From the NCBI RefSeq assembly GCF_003991155.1, contig NZ_CP031293.1: a DNA stretch of 64,000 nucleotides; one strand, given 5' to 3'. Within the stretch, counting starts at the first letter, position 1. Each line of letters starts with the position of its first letter. Made by a program: the position numbers and the translations under genes. Below, piece after piece: positions 58,819 to 64,000 of the stretch. Source of the DNA: Escherichia coli (GTDB lineage Bacteria > Pseudomonadota > Gammaproteobacteria > Enterobacterales > Enterobacteriaceae). Below the pieces are notes generated by a model. The model was not told where the DNA came from. It did not search any database and saw only the letters and a program-made list of their open reading frames with translations.

Positions 58819-59594
58819 ACGGCTTCCTCCCCAGCCTGTTGGCAGTCGGCATACAGGTCGGCTACCAGAACTCCCGTGATATAGCGTTTATAGGCCACGC
58901 TGCCCCGCAAATCTTCCTGCGGGAAAATGGCGTTGGCGACAGCCTGTTCAAGTGCATTGCCTTCCAGGTTTTGTTTTTCAACATCGTGCAGACGCAGTGC
59001 TTTACTGGCGACGCCATCCAGCGCAATTCGCATACCGTCGTGGTCTGTCATTGCAACGGCTGCCGTCACGACGGTTAAACCTGCCTGAGAACGGCTAATT
59101 TTGCGGGTCGCACAGGTGCGATACGGATCTTTAATGATAATTTCGGTTAACAGGCGATCGCATGGGCAGGCCAGGTAGTCCTCGATTGACAGCGTTTCGC
59201 CGTTGCCAAAAACCAGTTCAGCATCCAGTGCCAGCAGGACGGGAAGCAGCACCGACTCTTCCTGCCGGGCGGCGATTTCACCACCAATGGTCGACTGATT
59301 ACGAACATGGCGTGAGTAAACAAAACCGAGAGCTTCACGCAGTGCTGCAGGAATAAATCGTGCATCACGCAGTGACTGCAAGCGAGACATTGCGCCAATT
59401 CGTAGTGCACCGTTATCCCAGTCAATCCAGTCCAGCTCCAGATCCTGCAAGGAAATGGCAATCTTTTTATCGGTACGGGTTGGTGTAGCGTTGAGTTTGC
59501 TGCCCCCGGCGAACCAGACGGCTTCATCCTGGTAGCGGCGCTTCAGTTCCAGCGCTTGTTCGACAGAGTCGGGTCTGAAAAATTGTTCAATCAT
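58815..59594 (-). CDS. ygfM: FAD-binding subunit of a molybdopterin hydroxylase (CO dehydrogenase flavoprotein-like), 259 aa
   Basis: ORF 58815..59594; stop overlaps the xdhD start (translational coupling). Confidence 0.85.
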   Translation of the reverse strand: MIEQFFRPDSVEQALELKRRYQDEAVWFAGGSKLNATPTRTDKKIAISLQDLELDWIDWDNGALRIGAMSRLQSLRDARFIPAALREALGFVYSRHVRNQSTIGGEIAARQEESVLLPVLLALDAELVFGNGETLSIEDYLACPCDRLLTEIIIKDPYRTCATRKISRSQAGLTVVTAAVAMTDHDGMRIALDGVASKALRLHDVEKQNLEGNALEQAVANAIFPQEDLRGSVAYKRYITGVLVADLYADCQQAGEEAV

Positions 59595-59644
59595 CGTCTT
59601 TCCTTAATTTCCCCTCTTCTCTGAAAGAAGAGGGGAGCTGTTAT

Positions 59645-60973
59645 TTATGCCAGCGCATCCATCCGACGCCACATACTGGCAGCGGCTTTTCTGGCTTGCG
59701 CATAAATGGAATCGCAATCGAAGTTAAACTGACGGTCTTCATAGACCATCACACCATTGACCATCACGCTGTGAACGCTGCCTGAGCCCATACCGAAAGC
59801 GATATGCCCGGCGATATTGTCTGCCAGCAGCGGCGTCGGCGAGTTGTAATCGCAAATGGTTAAATCGGCTTTGTAACCGGCTTCCAGAAGCCCAAATTTC
59901 GCGCCAAAGTTGCGGCTCATCAGTTCGTTGCCGTTAGCCAGTGCTTTGGCAAAACTGTCAGGCCACAGCGGGCCACCCGCATCGCGATGTTTAAAGAAGG
60001 CAAATTTCATCTCTTCAAACATGTCCGAACCAATGCCGTCCGTTCCCAACGCCAGATTGCGGATGTCGCTAAGGTGATGGTTGTAGCCGACATGGTTGTT
60101 CATGTTTGAACGGGCGTTATGCACCAGGAACGCATCGCGCTGATTGAGTAGGGTGATGTCATCTTTCGACAAGTACAGCCCATGAGCGACCAGCGTTTTG
60201 CTGTCGATGAGATCGAATTGCGTCAGTCGTGCCAGTAGGTCTTTGCCGTACCAGTGGTGACTGTAGGAAACGTCGTAAAGGTCTTCCGCAGCGTGAATAT
60301 GCAAACCACGACCTGTGGTTTTCACGGCTTCACGCAGCATCTCCAGACCGGCATCCGGCACGGTAAACGGCGCGTGAGCGCCGATATGTGCTTCCACCAG
60401 ATACGGCTCGGTTGCTGCTTTCTTCGCCTCATCAATCTGACGGGCGAAGCGGATGTTTTCTTCTACACCTTCCTGCAACTCTTTGATGCCGCTGTTACGG
60501 TCAGTAGTTTCAAAACAGGTCATCGCGCGCAGGCCAACTTTTAAAAATGCGTCGCGCAATGTGGAGAGTGACCCGCCGATATAGGCTGGAGAGGCATGGT
60601 GATCGATAACCGATGTACATCCGCTCTTAATCGCTTCCAGGGAACAAATCAGTCCGCTGTAATAGAGCGACTCTTCATCAAGGGCGCGATCGAGCCGCCA
60701 CCAGAGATTTTTCAGCGTTGAGATGAAATCCGGGCAGGGGGCGATATTTGCCATAATTCCGCGGGAAAGTCCCGAGTAAAAATGGTTATGCGAGCAGACA
60801 ATTCCCGGCATCACAATCCGACCATGCATCTCTTTGTAGCTGGCATCGGGGTAGCGTTGCGTCAGGGCATCGCCGATAGCGACAATCACATCATTTTCGA
60901 TGGCGATATCAACGCCTTCCTGCACTTTCGCCGGGTGTAACTGCACTGCGGTGACATTCTTCAGAATCAACAT
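59645..60973 (-). CDS. ssnA: Amidohydrolase-family protein SsnA (putative aminohydrolase), 442 aa
   Basis: ORF 59645..60973; metal-dependent hydrolase HxH motif (VCSHNHFYSG). Confidence 0.88.
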   Translation of the reverse strand: MLILKNVTAVQLHPAKVQEGVDIAIENDVIVAIGDALTQRYPDASYKEMHGRIVMPGIVCSHNHFYSGLSRGIMANIAPCPDFISTLKNLWWRLDRALDEESLYYSGLICSLEAIKSGCTSVIDHHASPAYIGGSLSTLRDAFLKVGLRAMTCFETTDRNSGIKELQEGVEENIRFARQIDEAKKAATEPYLVEAHIGAHAPFTVPDAGLEMLREAVKTTGRGLHIHAAEDLYDVSYSHHWYGKDLLARLTQFDLIDSKTLVAHGLYLSKDDITLLNQRDAFLVHNARSNMNNHVGYNHHLSDIRNLALGTDGIGSDMFEEMKFAFFKHRDAGGPLWPDSFAKALANGNELMSRNFGAKFGLLEAGYKADLTICDYNSPTPLLADNIAGHIAFGMGSGSVHSVMVNGVMVYEDRQFNFDCDSIYAQARKAAASMWRRMDALA

Positions 60974-60975
60974 GA

Positions 60976-63900
60976 TTACACCTCCACGCGGCCCAGCAGA
61001 TAATGATGATGCTGGTGGACATGGCTAATAATGCGGCACATATCGTTCAGCTCCGGTGGTACGTTGTTGAACTGACCTTCGCTGTCGATGTTTAACACCC
61101 AGCTTTGGTTATTCAGACGTACTCGTACCCGGCAATCTTCCACAAGGAAGCCTGGGTTGCTGCTGTTATCAAAGTCTTGCGACAGGCTGAAGACGGTGAT
61201 TTTGTCTTTGTACGGTTTACCGTTCCACGGGCAGAATTGGGCGCAGTTGCCGCATTCGTTGCAGTAGGCATCGAGATGCAGCGTCTGGAAACGGTTCTGG
61301 AAGCCAGGAACCGCAATGGAGACGTTGGCGCGGTTCGGGCAGACATCCACACACTTGCTGCAAACGTAGTTACATTCAAGGCAGCGTGCGGCTTCCTGGG
61401 CGACAAACGCGTCACGATCGTCACTGTTCACCAGAGTGATAGAGATATCGCCTTTACGTTGATAGATTTCCGCCGGATTGACGTTGTTCCAGTATTTATC
61501 GTTCTGGTGGGAACGGATATTTTCCCTACTCAGGATTGCATCGGTCGCCCGACGCGCGGTTCCGACAGCAGCGACAATGGAGGATGGTCCGCGCTGTACG
61601 TCGCCGATCATAAAGACGTCAGTCAGACGCGTTTCGCCATTATGGTCGACGTCTGGCCAGCCGTTTTTGTCCAGCGGCACGCCCATTGCATTCAGGGCTT
61701 CAGTATCCTGCTGTTCACCAATGGCGGTGATCAGGCTGTCTACATGCAGCGTTACTGTTTCGTTGGTTTCAACCGGACGGCGACGACCTTTCTCATCAGG
61801 TTCGCCAAGCGACATAACGCGCAAGGTTAAGGTGCCATTAGCATCGAAACGTTCCGGATTATTCAGAAAACGGAACTCCACGCCGTCGTGCAACGCTTCT
61901 TCATACTCTTCGCGCCATGCTGGCATCTCTTGCAGTGAACGACGGTAAACGACCGTTGCTTTTTCTACGCCTGGAACGCGTAACGCCGCACGAGCGCAGT
62001 CCATTGCGGTGTTACCCGCCCCGACAACGACCACATGTTTGCCCAGCTTGAGCGCTGTGCCCTTGTTGTATTCACGCAGGAAGGGGAGTGATTTCCAGAC
62101 ATTTTGGTTGTCGCCCGCCAGTTTCACACCGCTATTTTTATCAGTGCCGGTGGCAATCAGAACATAGTGGAAGCCCTGATTTTTTAACTGTTCAACGGTC
62201 AGATCGGGTGAGCAGCCATACTCAAATTTCACGCCGTGAGCGGCAACAAAATCGATATCGTGCTGAATTAACTCTGCAGGAATACGGAACTGAGGAATGA
62301 TATTTTTCACCACGCCGCCCGCGTTGGCTTCGCGTTCAAACAGCGTAACCGGATGGCCCGCTCTGGCAAGGAAGTAACCTGCGGCCAGACCCGCCGGACC
62401 TGCACCAATCACGGCAACCGGATGGCGTGAACCAGAACCGGCTGGTTTGTGCCAGCGTTGCTTATATTCATCCCAACCTTTTTCCAGCGCGACTTTTTTC
62501 AGTTCGCGGATATTCAGCGCACTGTCGTAATCCAGGCGGGTACAGTTGTATTGGCACTGGTGATCGCAAATATGACCGGTAATGGCGGGCAGGGCGTTGC
62601 GTTGATAGATGAGTTCCAGCGCGTCGGCATAGCGGTGTTCGCCAAGCAGACGGATGTATTCCGGAATATCTTGCTTGATAGCGCAGGCAGTAACACAGGG
62701 GGCAACGTAGCAATCGGTCAGCGGCAGGTCTTCAGCCACTTCAATACGCTCTTCTGGCTTCCAGTGTTTCTGGGTGTATTCCATGGTTAACGCATCTGCT
62801 GCCAGTCTGTTCAGTCGTTCGACGTCAACATGGTCAAGTCCCCAGGCATCGGAGCCTTCCAGCTCGCGCATGCAGGCACTTAAGCGCAGATAGCCGCCAG
62901 GTTTCAGCAGGTCGGTTGCCATAGTAATAGGGCGAATACCAGTATCAAAAATATCGCGGATAGTCAGCTGACTGGCACCACCGGAATAAGAAATGGGCAG
63001 TTTGCCGTCAAAGGCGCGAGAGAGAACTGCTGCAACGTTGATGGAGAGCGGGAACAGCGCACGGCCTGACATATACATCTCTTCACCAGGCAGTGCGCCT
63101 TTATTGTTGATGGTGCCGAGAGTGTTAGTCAGTTTTACGCCAAAGCCGAGTGATTTTTCTTTTGCCAGTGCCATCAGGCGTTCCAGCATTTCCAGCGCTT
63201 GCGTCAGCTTGAGGTCGTGATCAAATGACTCTTCTTTTAAGCCTATGTAACCGAAACCGCAGACATCGAGGATCTCACGAACACGCGCGTACCCCAGTAA
63301 GGTCGGGTTGAGTTTCACAAAGGTATTGAGCCCTTTTTCTTCCAGCATGTAGCGGCAAATGGCTTCGATTTCATGCGGAGGACAGCCGTGCATCGTGGAG
63401 AGGGTGACGCCCTGCACCATACTGGTGGGGATGCGAGCGGGTAAGGCTTGCAAGCTTTCGCGTTTTTCCTGCAATCCGTGGTGGGCTAAAAATGCGTCAT
63501 CCTGGAGTAATTTATTCAGCGTATCGCGATATTGAGCGAATTTCGGATGGTCAGATGCGTCCATCATATTGTCGATGAACTGTTGCATCGGCGGTTGCTT
63601 AATACCTTCGAGGTTGTAACCGACGCTCATATTAAAGATGAACGATTTACTGGAATCAGAAGGCTGGAAGATCGCTTCGAGAAGGTGCAGGGCAAACCAG
63701 GCTTTGAGGTATTCATCCCAGGCTTTAAGCAGGGTAAATTCGGTGGACCATTCGGTGTTAAAGCACTCGTCTTCGGCATCAATACAGGGCTTTTCCAGCT
63801 CCAGGCGGTCAAGAATTTGGACGGTTTTTAGTTCGATGAAACGTCCGCCAGTCAGCCAGGAAGTGACAATATTTTGCGCGAGCTGCGTGTGCGGGCCAGC

Positions 63901-64000
63901 GGCAGGGCCGACGGGAGTGGCACAGGTTTCACCGAAGACGCTAACAGTTTTACCTTTTACGGGTGAGTAAAACTGTTGCTCGGGAATACCAAAGATTGAG
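60976..64000 (-). CDS. ygfK: Putative Fe-S/FAD oxidoreductase YgfK, 3' ~1008 codons; 5' end beyond the window
   Basis: ORF 60976..63630 stays open in frame upstream to the window edge (...SIFGIPEQQFYSP...EWSTEFTLLKAWDEYLKAWFALHLLEAIFQPSDSSKSFIFNMSVGY); GltD-like FAD/NAD domain and C-terminal 4Fe-4S motifs. Confidence 0.9.
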   Translation of the reverse strand, partial: SIFGIPEQQFYSPVKGKTVSVFGETCATPVGPAAGPHTQLAQNIVTSWLTGGRFIELKTVQILDRLELEKPCIDAEDECFNTEWSTEFTLLKAWDEYLKAWFALHLLEAIFQPSDSSKSFIFNMSVGYNLEGIKQPPMQQFIDNMMDASDHPKFAQYRDTLNKLLQDDAFLAHHGLQEKRESLQALPARIPTSMVQGVTLSTMHGCPPHEIEAICRYMLEEKGLNTFVKLNPTLLGYARVREILDVCGFGYIGLKEESFDHDLKLTQALEMLERLMALAKEKSLGFGVKLTNTLGTINNKGALPGEEMYMSGRALFPLSINVAAVLSRAFDGKLPISYSGGASQLTIRDIFDTGIRPITMATDLLKPGGYLRLSACMRELEGSDAWGLDHVDVERLNRLAADALTMEYTQKHWKPEERIEVAEDLPLTDCYVAPCVTACAIKQDIPEYIRLLGEHRYADALELIYQRNALPAITGHICDHQCQYNCTRLDYDSALNIRELKKVALEKGWDEYKQRWHKPAGSGSRHPVAVIGAGPAGLAAGYFLARAGHPVTLFEREANAGGVVKNIIPQFRIPAELIQHDIDFVAAHGVKFEYGCSPDLTVEQLKNQGFHYVLIATGTDKNSGVKLAGDNQNVWKSLPFLREYNKGTALKLGKHVVVVGAGNTAMDCARAALRVPGVEKATVVYRRSLQEMPAWREEYEEALHDGVEFRFLNNPERFDANGTLTLRVMSLGEPDEKGRRRPVETNETVTLHVDSLITAIGEQQDTEALNAMGVPLDKNGWPDVDHNGETRLTDVFMIGDVQRGPSSIVAAVGTARRATDAILSRENIRSHQNDKYWNNVNPAEIYQRKGDISITLVNSDDRDAFVAQEAARCLECNYVCSKCVDVCPNRANVSIAVPGFQNRFQTLHLDAYCNECGNCAQFCPWNGKPYKDKITVFSLSQDFDNSSNPGFLVEDCRVRVRLNNQSWVLNIDSEGQFNNVPPELNDMCRIISHVHQHHHYLLGRVEV

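Overview
This window reads as an Escherichia coli chromosomal segment running from the 3' part of tktA to the 3' part of ygfK, collinear with the K-12 region tktA-cmtBA-yggPFDC-epd-pgk-fbaA-mscS-argO-yggE-ygfI-argP-rpiA-serA-fau-ssrS-zapA-ygfB-pepP-ubiHI-gcvTHP-bglA-yqfBA-ygfZ-sdhE-ygfX-fldB-xerD-dsbC-recJ-prfB-lysS-idi and the ygfU-ygfK purine-catabolism cluster. Gene identities come from my recall of the protein sequences; no database search was possible. Most of it is ordinary core genome. The standout is an intact 1279-bp IS621-like (IS110-family) element inserted into a REP palindrome just downstream of tktA, whose 5' non-coding end has the hallmarks of a bridge (guide) RNA. Other departures from K-12, as far as I recall that genome: an SPFH/band-7 gene next to the IS, an internally deleted yggF, a five-gene island (DUF296/PPC protein plus an ECF-type transporter with a degenerate ATPase) between yggC and epd, loss of most of the sbm-argK-scpB-scpC operon, and apparent absence of ygfF between gcvP and bglA. 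Known small elements are also present: the ibsC/sibC type I toxin-antitoxin, 6S RNA (ssrS) and the prfB +1 programmed frameshift. No CRISPR array, tRNA or rRNA was seen.
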